IMG/VR virus record: IMGVR_UViG_3300031867_000031
Coordinates: 18,332 to 82,331 of that record
Strand: one strand, 5' to 3'
From: a virus
Lineage: Duplodnaviria; Caudoviricetes
Length of the DNA: 64,000 bases
Both the position numbers and the translations under genes were made by a program. Shown here in pieces: positions 56,301 to 64,000 of this stretch. The notes under the pieces were generated by a model. It saw nothing but the letters and a program-made list of their open reading frames with translations. It was not told the DNA's origin and made no database searches. Each line of letters opens with the position of its first letter. Positions within the stretch are counted from its first letter, which is position 1.

Positions 56301-57245
56301 AAACTTAGGCCATATTTGAATAATAAAAATGAGGCTAAAGATTTGTCGAATGCATTAAAGACTGCTATCAATTCAGTGTATGGATTAACTTCAGCTACTT
56401 TCGATAATCCATTCCGAGATAGGCGTAATAAGAATAATATTGTTGCGCTTCGCGGAGCATTATTTATGCGCACACTTCAGGATGAAGTCGAAAGTCGTGG
56501 CTTTACAGTAGTGCATATTAAAACCGATTCGATAAAGATTGCAGATCCTACACCCGATATTGAGCAATTCGTTTACGAGTTTGGGAAAAAATACGGATAC
56601 ACTTTTGAAGTTGAAGCCGAATGGGAAAAACTTTGTTTGGTGAATAATGCGGTATTTATTGGCAAGCAAACTGTAACATCTCCCCAAGCACCTGGCAAAT
56701 GGACTGCTACTGGTAAGCAATTCCAAGAGCCTTATGTCTTTAAAAAGATATTTTCGCATGAGCCGATAACTTTCGATGACATGTGTATAACCATGACTTG
56801 CAAATCGGCATTCTATTTGGACATGAACGAGCAATTACCTGAAGGTAACTCTATGCCAGTATTTATTGGACGAGCTGGTTCATTCTGTCCTATAGAGTCT
56901 GGCTATGGCGGGGGCATATTACTTCGAGCTGAGAGCGACGGACGATTGTCGGCTGCTTCTGGAACGAAGGGTTATCGATTCTTAGAGGCCGAAACAGTTC
57001 GTGATACCGATCTAGAGAAACATGTAGATAGGTCATATTTCGACAAGTTAGTTGACGATGCTATAACAGACATCTCAAAGTATGGTGACTTTTATAGTTT
57101 TGCTACTGACGGAAAAGATATTCCATGGGCCATGCCATGCGGTGATTTGCTGATTACTAGTTGTAAAGATTGCCCGCATTATGTAGCCGATCATAGCCTA
57201 TGCGATCTAGGCTTTGATATTTCTGACGTATTACTAAGAATGTAA
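53307..57245 (+). CDS. Fused SF3 helicase - primase (AEP-like) - 3'-5' exonuclease - family B DNA polymerase
   Basis: GAPGSGKGT Walker A; VIDFD and SKSGAGLHLHY (primase); FFDVE, GFNN..YD, YCDND (Exo I-III); FDVASMHP, K...NS.YG, IKTDS (PolB motifs A-C). TTG start after AGGAGG. Confidence 0.85.
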   Translation: MDFFAIRARNTKRGIEIYPDFIVGNHDDFMVRGHAFYAIFDKSTGMWSTDETMVQKIVDSELYEYAQKQQDEFEGVISVQYMANFSSNSWSKYKKYLKESVDNYVPLDQTLTFQNQVCKKEDYVSKRLPYCLEDGDHSAWDELVGTLYSDEEREKIEWAIGSVVSGDSKRISKFFVLYGAPGSGKGTILDIIAKLFKGYYGIIESKALGNRTSEFSTAAFRDNPLVALEYDSDLSKIENNTRLNSIISHETIPVRELYKAAYNVKINALIFLATNSPVQITDSKSGIIRRLVDINPSGLKIPSNRYVKLIEQINFELGSIAQHCLNVYKKLGLHYYDAYRSIDMMERTDIFFNFVEESYFTFKQEDGVSLKRAWSMYKEYSEESGLQYLMPKHRFKQELREYFDKFIPDTKLKDGTRIKNYYRGFLSWKVDGKKDITMIADDGDIFDFEAPPWLQLSEEAALDSILDDELRDCPAQYANETGTPFIKWENVKGTLKMLNTHFLHYVLMPDNYIVIDFDLKDPETGEKSAKLNLEAASHWPPTYAEFSKSGAGLHLHYIYGGDVNLLKSIYSDDIEIKVFKGNSSLRRQLTKCNKIPIRTISSGLPLREEKRVINHEAVKSERKLRELISRCLEKEFGATKPSVDFINHLLVEAKESGLSYDVSDMKQAIMIFAMNSTHQAEYCMKLASEMPYKSEEPSSGGNGKYADDRLVFFDVEVFPNLFLINWKFAGSSECVRMVNPTPEEVGELFNYKLVGFNNRRYDNHILYARYIGYNNEELYILSQKIVSNDRNVNATFSEAYNLSYTDVYDFASAGHKKSLKKWEIELGLHHQELGLPWDQPVPEEQWSLVAEYCDNDVISTEAVFNHLSGDFRAREILADIAGMTVNDSTNSLTTRIIFGKEKKPKLNWYDLAEEFPGYQYKSGKNMYRGDDVGRGGWVYANPGMYGYCKTFDVASMHPRSIIEERYLGEYTDRFEDLVNIRLFIKHGDYDSVAKLFDGKLRPYLNNKNEAKDLSNALKTAINSVYGLTSATFDNPFRDRRNKNNIVALRGALFMRTLQDEVESRGFTVVHIKTDSIKIADPTPDIEQFVYEFGKKYGYTFEVEAEWEKLCLVNNAVFIGKQTVTSPQAPGKWTATGKQFQEPYVFKKIFSHEPITFDDMCITMTCKSAFYLDMNEQLPEGNSMPVFIGRAGSFCPIESGYGGGILLRAESDGRLSAASGTKGYRFLEAETVRDTDLEKHVDRSYFDKLVDDAITDISKYGDFYSFATDGKDIPWAMPCGDLLITSCKDCPHYVADHSLCDLGFDISDVLLRM

Positions 57246-57376
57246 GGAGTTTTAAGGTGTCATAAAAGTAGTATTGGGTTTCTTATCGATTATACCGATA
57301 ACGCAGGCGTAAATGGCCTCTTATAAGCTCTGAGGCCTATTAGAAAGATATTTGTAGAGTATTAAGGAGAATTACT

Positions 57377-57853
57377 ATGCCTCGTGAGAATTTTGCATCT
57401 ATTAACATTTCCAATGCCAAGTTTATTTTCTATACCAATTTTAAGGGTGCTGCTGGTCCTTACAATAATGAGGGCGAGAGAAACTTTAATGTCATATTGG
57501 AGGGCGATGCTCTTCAGCAGGCACTTGACTATGGTATGAATGTTAAGACCACCAAGCCTCGTGACGGGTACGAGCCTGTGAGTTATATTAAGGTTAATAT
57601 TGGCTACAAGTATCGTGCCCCTATTGCTATGCTTATTAATTCTCAGGTTAAGCGTAATCTTACCGAGCAGACTATTGGCCTTCTTGACGATTATGAGTAC
57701 AGCAATGTTGATATTGTCATTAGGCCTAATCGTTGGCGTCGTCCTAATGGTGAGACTGGCGTTAATGCATATTTGCAGGCGATCTATGCAACGGTTGTAG
57801 AGGATCCGTTTGTCTCGAAGTACTATGATATTCCAGAGATTGAGTCTGAGTAG
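57377..57853 (+). CDS. Single-stranded DNA-binding protein (putative)
   Basis: OB-like beta pattern, aromatic residues, acidic C-terminal tail; lies between polymerase and helicase. Confidence 0.65.
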   Translation: MPRENFASINISNAKFIFYTNFKGAAGPYNNEGERNFNVILEGDALQQALDYGMNVKTTKPRDGYEPVSYIKVNIGYKYRAPIAMLINSQVKRNLTEQTIGLLDDYEYSNVDIVIRPNRWRRPNGETGVNAYLQAIYATVVEDPFVSKYYDIPEIESE

Positions 57854-57856
57854 CAA

Positions 57857-59074
57857 ATGATCGAGTTGCGTCCTGAACAGCAGGATGCTTTAGACAAGCT
57901 TAGAACCGGCTCCATCTTAGTCGGTGGGGTCGGTTCTGGCAAGTCTATCACTGCATTGGCATATTTTTACAATAAAGTTTGTGGCGGTGATTACAAAAAG
58001 CTATCGATGCCATTAAAGCCTCGTTCGTTGTATATTATTACTACTGCACGTAAAAGAGATACATTGGAATGGGCCGATGAGTATCGAAAGTTTGGACTGT
58101 CGAGCGATCCTGCTTTTAGTATAGGAAAGATATTTGTACAAGTAGACTCATGGAACAACATTACTAAGTATACAGATGTGAAAAATGCCTTTTTCATATT
58201 TGATGAGCAACGAGTAGTTGGATCAGGAGCATGGGTTAGGGCATTTATTAAAATAGCCAAAACCAATGACTGGATTTTGTTAAGTGCTACTCCTGGTGAT
58301 ACATGGTCTGATTATATTCCCGTATTTGTAGCTAACGGCTTTTACAAAAATCGTACAGAGTTTATTCGTAGGCATGCCATATTTGATCGCTTTGCCAAAT
58401 ACCCCAAAATTGTTAGATATGTTGAAACCGAAGTATTGGAAAGGTATAGAAAACGAATTCTTGTTACTATGCGAGATCATCGTCATACCATACGTCATGT
58501 AGTAGATGTTCAAGTTGGCTATCAAAAAGATATTTACGACTTAGCTTTTAAGAATCGATGGAATCCATTTGATGAAGAGCCAATTCGCGATGCTGGGCAA
58601 TTGTGTCATATTCTAAGACGAATCGTTAACAATGATGAAAGTCGAATAGACAAATTGGCAGAACTATTAGAGAAACATGAAAAAGCGGTTATATTTTACA
58701 ATCTTAATAGCGAATTAGATTTGTTAAGAGAAATACCGAAAAGATATTCTAAATTAAAAGACTATTCGGTTGCTGAATGGAATGGGCACAAGCATGAACT
58801 AATTCCTAAAAGTAATAAGTGGATTTACTTAGTCCAGTATGGAGCTGGAGCAGAAGGTTGGAATTGTACGCAAACTGATACGGTTATATTTTACTCATTG
58901 AACTACTCGTATAAGATTATGGAACAGGCTTCTGGTAGAATAGATAGAATTAATACGCCGTATACGCATTTGTATTATTATCGTTTATTATCTAAATCAT
59001 CCATCGATTCGGCTATATTATTGGCACTGCAAAGTAAGAAAAATTTTAATGAGTCAGCATTTGTGCGGACATAA
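57857..59074 (+). CDS. SF2 (SNF2/DEAD-like) helicase
   Basis: GGVGSGKS, FDEQR, LSATP, AGAEGWN, QASGRIDR. Confidence 0.85.
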   Translation: MIELRPEQQDALDKLRTGSILVGGVGSGKSITALAYFYNKVCGGDYKKLSMPLKPRSLYIITTARKRDTLEWADEYRKFGLSSDPAFSIGKIFVQVDSWNNITKYTDVKNAFFIFDEQRVVGSGAWVRAFIKIAKTNDWILLSATPGDTWSDYIPVFVANGFYKNRTEFIRRHAIFDRFAKYPKIVRYVETEVLERYRKRILVTMRDHRHTIRHVVDVQVGYQKDIYDLAFKNRWNPFDEEPIRDAGQLCHILRRIVNNDESRIDKLAELLEKHEKAVIFYNLNSELDLLREIPKRYSKLKDYSVAEWNGHKHELIPKSNKWIYLVQYGAGAEGWNCTQTDTVIFYSLNYSYKIMEQASGRIDRINTPYTHLYYYRLLSKSSIDSAILLALQSKKNFNESAFVRT

Positions 59075-59193
59075 TGTCCGCGCAGAAAAAACTTACACTT
59101 ATATAGGAGGAGTAAGATTTTTTGGGATCTTACTCTTTCTATATTTTTGTACATTATGCCTTGCTTATTTTTTTCGCACTTGAAAGTACAGTA

Positions 59194-59493
59194 ATGAAAA
59201 AAGAAAATGCTTTTCAGTCTAATCTTATTAAAGAGTTAAAAAAGATATTTCCGGGTTGTATGGTTTTAAAGAACGATAGCTCTTACTATCAAGGCATTCC
59301 CGATTTGTTAATTTTGTTTAATGACAAATGGGCTATGCTAGAATGTAAGCGAAGTTCAACAGCCAGTCATCGACCGAATCAGGATTATTATATTGAGAAA
59401 TTTGGTAAGATGTCTTACGCCAGTTTCATATCTCCTGACAATAAGGAAGAGGTCTTAGATGAACTTCAACAAGCATTTCGACTTGGAAGGTAA
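59194..59493 (+). CDS. VRR-NUC / Holliday-junction-resolvase-like PD-(D/E)XK nuclease
   Basis: KKENAFQ...GIPDLLIL...AMLECK...RPNQ. Confidence 0.8.
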   Translation: MKKENAFQSNLIKELKKIFPGCMVLKNDSSYYQGIPDLLILFNDKWAMLECKRSSTASHRPNQDYYIEKFGKMSYASFISPDNKEEVLDELQQAFRLGR

Positions 59494-60034
59494 ACACGCA
59501 TTTTTAGGAGCAAGCAAATATTCTTGGCTCGGTTATGATGCTGAAAAGTTAAGAGAGTCATATTTGAGCAATCAAGCTCGATATAGAGGAACTCAATTGC
59601 ATGAGCTTGCTAGTCAACTTATTAAGTTAGGCGTTAAGCTTCCTGATACTCATCAAACGCTTAATTTGTTTGTTAATGATGCTATTGGCTATCGAATGCA
59701 ATCTGAGCAAATTTTATATTATTCCAATAATTGTTTTGGAACTGCTGATGCTATATCCTATAAAGAACGTGACAAGAAACTCAGAATTCACGATCTTAAG
59801 ACCGGAGTAACCCCGGCATCTATGAAACAGTTGTATATTTATACAGCATTGTTTTGTTTAGAGTATGCTATGGATCCTCACCAAATGGACATAGAACTTC
59901 GTATTTATCAGTCAGATGACGTCGAAATTGAGATTCCTGAAACAACAGATATTTTACAAGTTATGCAACAGATTCGCAGTTTCGACATGATTCTGAATGA
60001 ACTTCGAGAAGAGGAGGAAAATGCATGGATGTAG
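59459..60034 (+). CDS. PD-(D/E)XK exonuclease (Cas4/RecB-like fold, no Fe-S cysteines seen)
   Basis: HAFLGAS, RGTQLHE, FGTADAI, IHDLKTG, QLYIY. Confidence 0.75.
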   Translation: MNFNKHFDLEGKHAFLGASKYSWLGYDAEKLRESYLSNQARYRGTQLHELASQLIKLGVKLPDTHQTLNLFVNDAIGYRMQSEQILYYSNNCFGTADAISYKERDKKLRIHDLKTGVTPASMKQLYIYTALFCLEYAMDPHQMDIELRIYQSDDVEIEIPETTDILQVMQQIRSFDMILNELREEEENAWM

Positions 60035-62787
60035 ACGAACGTGAGTATGCGTCATATTTGATGCATTATGGTACTCCTCGTCATTCTGGCAGGTATCCAT
60101 GGGGTTCTGGCGATAATCCTTATCAGCGTAATGCTAATTTTAGGTCATATGTTCTAGATCTTAGGCATCAAGGAATGAGTGATGCTGAAATTGCACGTGG
60201 CATGGGAATGACTAAGAACGAATTAGTGGCTGCTATGTCTCAAGCTCGTGCTGAAAATAGAGCAGAAGATGTTGCTGAAGCTAAACGGCTTATAGCTAAA
60301 GGATATTCTCAGTCAGCAGCTGCTCGTCGTATGGGTATTAATGAATCGCAAGTACGAAATCTGCTTAAGGAAGATATTCAAGATCGAGCAAATCGTTCTG
60401 CTGATACTGCTGAATTGCTTAAGCGAGAGCTTGAAGAGCATGGGGGTTATATTGACATCGGTCGTGGATCAGAAGAGTATATTGGCACTACGCAATATGT
60501 GCTAAAAAATGCTGTGGCTCAGCTTCATAACGAGGGTTACGAAATCCATAACGTTAAGGTGCAACAAGCTGGCACAGGTAAAAACACGACCGTTCAAGTA
60601 TTGTGCCCTCCCGGTACTCCATGGGTAGAGGTCGCTAACAACAAGGGCGATATTCGGTTAGTTAATGCACCATATGATCCAACCAGTAGCACTGGCAGAT
60701 CGATGCTTGGACTTGAAAAACCTGTTGGCATTGATCCAAAGCGTGTTATGATTCGGTATGCGGATGATGTTGGTCCTGATGGCGGAAAGGGTATTGAGAA
60801 AGATGGTGTAATCGAGCTTCGTAGAGGTGTCGATGACATATCCTTGGGAAAAGCTAATTACGCACAGGTTCGTATTAATGTTGGCGATACTCATTATTTA
60901 AAGGGCATGGCAGTTTATGGCGATAACATGCCAGATGGAGTAGATGTCATATTTAATACGAATAAACATCGAGATACTCCTATGATGGGGACTAAAGACA
61001 ATACCGTTTTAAAAGAAATGAAACGAAACAAAGAAACTGGTGAAATTGATTGGGATAATCCGTTTGGTGCCACTATAAAGACTGAAGGCGACACGAGTAC
61101 CAGTCTAAAACTTGCACAAAGATATTATGTAGATAAGAACGGCAAAAAGAAATTATCGGCAATTAATGTCGTTAATGAAGAAGGCGATTGGGAAACTTGG
61201 GCGCCCACATTATCGAGTCAGTTCTTATCTAAGCAAACGCCAGCTATGGCAAAACGTCAGCTTAAAATTGCTTCTGATGCACGTCAAGCCGAATTTGATG
61301 ACATATCCTCATTGACTAACCCAACTGTAAAAAAGAAGCTATTACTTGAATTTGCTGATGAATGCGATTCTGCAGCTGTTCATTTAAAGGCTGCTGCTTT
61401 GCCTAGACAGTCTAGTCATGTCATATTACCAGTGCCAGGTATTAAAGAGAATGAGATATTTGCTCCAAATTACAGAAACGGCGAGCAAGTAGCTCTTGTT
61501 CGACATCCTCATGCGGGCCGCTTTGAGATCCCTCTTCTTACGGTGAACAACAATTCTAAAGAAGCTGCTAAAGTTATAGGAAAAAATTCACCAGATGCTG
61601 TTGGTATTAATGCTAAAACTGCGGCCATATTATCTGGAGCAGATTTTGACGGCGATACCGTTCTTGTTATTCCTACTAAAGGTACCAATCTTAAAGCACA
61701 AGGTCCTCTTAAAGGACTTAAGGATTTCGAACCAAAAGATGCATATCGTGCATATCCTGGAATGCCTGAAACATCCAAGAAAAATGGCTTTAATAAACAG
61801 ATGGAAATGGGTAAAGTTTCCAATCTAATTACGGATATGACTTTAAAAGGTGCTGATGACGAAGAACTTGCTAGAGCGGTTAGACATTCTATGGTTGTAA
61901 TAGATGCTGAAAAGCATAATTTGGATTGGCGACGTTCTGCTAGAGAAAATGGCATATCTGAGCTTAAGAAAAAGTATCAGGGTGGTGCTAATGCTGGCGC
62001 ATCGACGTTGATTTCCAAAGCTAAAAGTGAGACTAGAGTTCCTGAACGCAAGGAAATATCGCCTGATAAGCGCACTGGTGAACGGCGTTATATTCCTACT
62101 GGCAAAACGCATAAAGATAGAAAAACTGGTAAAGATGTTGCTAATACTACAGTAACTACCAAAATGTTCGAAGCAAAAGATGCCAATGATTTGTCTTCTG
62201 GCACCGTTATGGAGAACATATATGCTGCCCATGCCAATAAGCTTAAAAGTCTTGCTAATCAAGCCCGAAAAGAAGCTCTTTCTTCGGAATCTGTGCCATA
62301 TTCTGCATCTGCTAGAAAAGCTTATGCCAAAGAGGTTGCTTCTTTGGATGGAAAGTACAAACTTGCTCAACGCAATAAACCACTAGAGCGTCAAGCACAG
62401 CTTATTGCAGAAACTGTGGTAAAAGCTAAAATAAGAGCTAATCCGGAACTTAAGGATGACAAAGATCATTTGAAGAAAGTTCAGCAACAAGCTCTTAGAG
62501 AAGCTAGAGAACGTACTGGTGCTAAGAAACGTGATTTCGACATTACTGATAAGGAGTGGGAAGCTATTCAAGCTGGAGCAATACATAAGACTCGCTTAGA
62601 AGCATTATTGGCTACTGCTGATAGCGATCGTGTTCATGAGCTTGCTATGCCTAAAACTACTCGTACTGTCAATCCTAATGTCATATCTAGAGCTAAAGCT
62701 ATGCAGGCGTCTGGTAAGACTCAAGCTGAAATCGCAGATGCTCTTGGTGTTAGTACTACTACAGTTAATACAATCCTGCGGAATTAG
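60025..62787 (+). CDS. Single-chain double-psi-beta-barrel RNA polymerase with HTH domains and an HYG..WG leader
   Basis: SGADFDGDT at 61642-61656, VRHP and LKG motifs, three HTH-like segments; N-terminus YLMHYGTPRHSGRYPWGSG. Confidence 0.75.
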   Translation: MDVDEREYASYLMHYGTPRHSGRYPWGSGDNPYQRNANFRSYVLDLRHQGMSDAEIARGMGMTKNELVAAMSQARAENRAEDVAEAKRLIAKGYSQSAAARRMGINESQVRNLLKEDIQDRANRSADTAELLKRELEEHGGYIDIGRGSEEYIGTTQYVLKNAVAQLHNEGYEIHNVKVQQAGTGKNTTVQVLCPPGTPWVEVANNKGDIRLVNAPYDPTSSTGRSMLGLEKPVGIDPKRVMIRYADDVGPDGGKGIEKDGVIELRRGVDDISLGKANYAQVRINVGDTHYLKGMAVYGDNMPDGVDVIFNTNKHRDTPMMGTKDNTVLKEMKRNKETGEIDWDNPFGATIKTEGDTSTSLKLAQRYYVDKNGKKKLSAINVVNEEGDWETWAPTLSSQFLSKQTPAMAKRQLKIASDARQAEFDDISSLTNPTVKKKLLLEFADECDSAAVHLKAAALPRQSSHVILPVPGIKENEIFAPNYRNGEQVALVRHPHAGRFEIPLLTVNNNSKEAAKVIGKNSPDAVGINAKTAAILSGADFDGDTVLVIPTKGTNLKAQGPLKGLKDFEPKDAYRAYPGMPETSKKNGFNKQMEMGKVSNLITDMTLKGADDEELARAVRHSMVVIDAEKHNLDWRRSARENGISELKKKYQGGANAGASTLISKAKSETRVPERKEISPDKRTGERRYIPTGKTHKDRKTGKDVANTTVTTKMFEAKDANDLSSGTVMENIYAAHANKLKSLANQARKEALSSESVPYSASARKAYAKEVASLDGKYKLAQRNKPLERQAQLIAETVVKAKIRANPELKDDKDHLKKVQQQALREARERTGAKKRDFDITDKEWEAIQAGAIHKTRLEALLATADSDRVHELAMPKTTRTVNPNVISRAKAMQASGKTQAEIADALGVSTTTVNTILRN

Positions 62788-62804
62788 TGTGAGGGGGTCA
62801 TATT

Positions 62805-63107
62805 TTGGATACAGTTTACATGCTTACTACTAAAGACAATCCATACAATCCCTTTACACACTATGATGAATGGGATACATGGGATCGGTTTCATGGGTGG
62901 CATATAGAACCCGATGGCAGTATTAAGTTAGGCTATTATACAAGTGCATATTTAGGAAGAGTGGCTGCCACATCTGATGAAATTAGTCCTGCACAGTATA
63001 CTAGGGCCATTAATGATGCTATTGATGAAATTGTTAGCTACAACATCACCGGCAATTATGTTAAAGTACAAGAATCTGATTACAAAAATTGGAAACCAGT
63101 AACGTAG
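62805..63107 (+). CDS. Conserved phage hypothetical protein
   Basis: MLTTKDNPYNPFTHYDEW..WD...GYYTSAYLGRV. Confidence 0.65.
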   Translation: MDTVYMLTTKDNPYNPFTHYDEWDTWDRFHGWHIEPDGSIKLGYYTSAYLGRVAATSDEISPAQYTRAINDAIDEIVSYNITGNYVKVQESDYKNWKPVT

Positions 63108-63850
63108 GTCATATTTTAGGGGTGCTCGCTACTTAATGTAACGGGCACCTCTTATAAGATAGGGTCATATTTGTCTATTTGGCATTAGAGTTGTAATTAG
63201 AAAATTACTTGACCTTATTCAAATTTTAGGTCATATTTGACTATTTTATCTAAAATGCTTTAAAAACATTACTTAATTACATTCGAATTTTATGTCGTAT
63301 TTGACTATTTTATGTAAAATACATTAAAACGCTGCTTAATTACGTTCAAATTTTAGGTCATATTTGGCCTATAATAGTTGAAAAATCATTCATAATAAAA
63401 ATTTTGAATAATACCGATACTATACCTATATAAGGGTCATATTTGACTAGTTTTAATGCTTAAAAACGGCCTTATATGGGGCTTCTATATAGGCCTCTAT
63501 ATAGGGCTTCTATATGGGTCATATTTCAGCAGTTAAAACTCCCCTTATGGTTCTATCAGTATACTGAATAGCTAACTATCCATAGTAGTTTACTACTGTA
63601 ATAGTTCTATATAGGGTCATATTTCAGCAGCTGAAACTCTATTCATGATCCTACTGTATACTAAATAACTAACTACTTATAGTAGTTTACTACTGTAATA
63701 GTTCTATATAGGGTCATATTTTAGTAGTTAAACCTTACTTATGATCTTACTGTATACTGAATAGTCAACCATTCATAGTAGTTTACTATTGTAATAGCTA
63801 ACTATTCGTACCAGTCTACTACCCTAATAGCTATACAGGGTCATATTTTG
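63107..63850 (+). repeat. Array of RGGTCATATTT motifs with ~98-bp degenerate tandem units
   Basis: Motif at about 63107, 63163, 63229, 63356, 63434, 63516, 63614, 63711 and 63838 (variant at 63295; also 62795); units from 63516 share TAGTAGTTTACTA(C/T)TGTAATAG. Confidence 0.8.
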
Positions 63851-64000
63851 AGAGCCAACCCCCTATGCCAAAAATTGATGAATATCAGTAATATTCATAA
63901 AAATCGCAAATAGACCAAAAAACTGATCTTTTTTGCCTTTTTCTGATATAAAATTGCTAATAGGGGGGAGGGGGTGCCGAAAATCTGGATGCCCCCAAAT

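Noticed and set aside
59459-60034. Cas4 as part of a CRISPR system
   Set aside because: Only the PD-(D/E)XK core is present, the Fe-S cysteines are absent, and the gene lies in a replication/recombination operon.

Overview
This window is most of a tailed dsDNA phage genome (siphovirus-like); every credible gene is on the + strand. The order is: tail and receptor-binding genes (1-12.4 kb, including a 2416-aa modular fibre); a split lysis region (NlpC/P60-SH3 endolysin, Dp-1-type holin); an AT-rich cluster of proteins sharing a short N-terminal HHGxKG(Q/M)xWG(V/I)RR leader fused to unrelated C-terminal domains (15.8-23.4 kb); an array of promoter-small gene/ncRNA-terminator cassettes (23.4-27.4 kb); nucleotide-metabolism and accessory genes (ThyX, MazG-like, kinases, ARH-like, Acb2/Tad1-like); five tRNAs; a replication block (fused SF3 helicase-primase-PolB, SSB, SF2 helicase, two nucleases); a 920-aa single-chain DFDGD RNA polymerase; and a repeat-rich non-coding end. 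Terminase, portal, capsid, tape measure and integrase are not in the window. The best candidate for an undescribed system is the leader-tagged cargo set: eight proteins carry the leader, including a papain-fold toxin with a likely immunity gene, a GNAT+ART-like effector and the RNA polymerase itself. It may be coupled to about 24 copies of a non-sigma70 promoter motif, and many transcription units have 5' ends complementary to their own 3' ends. All family names are from motif recognition by eye; no database searches or folding programs were run. Many starts were moved to RBS-supported codons.
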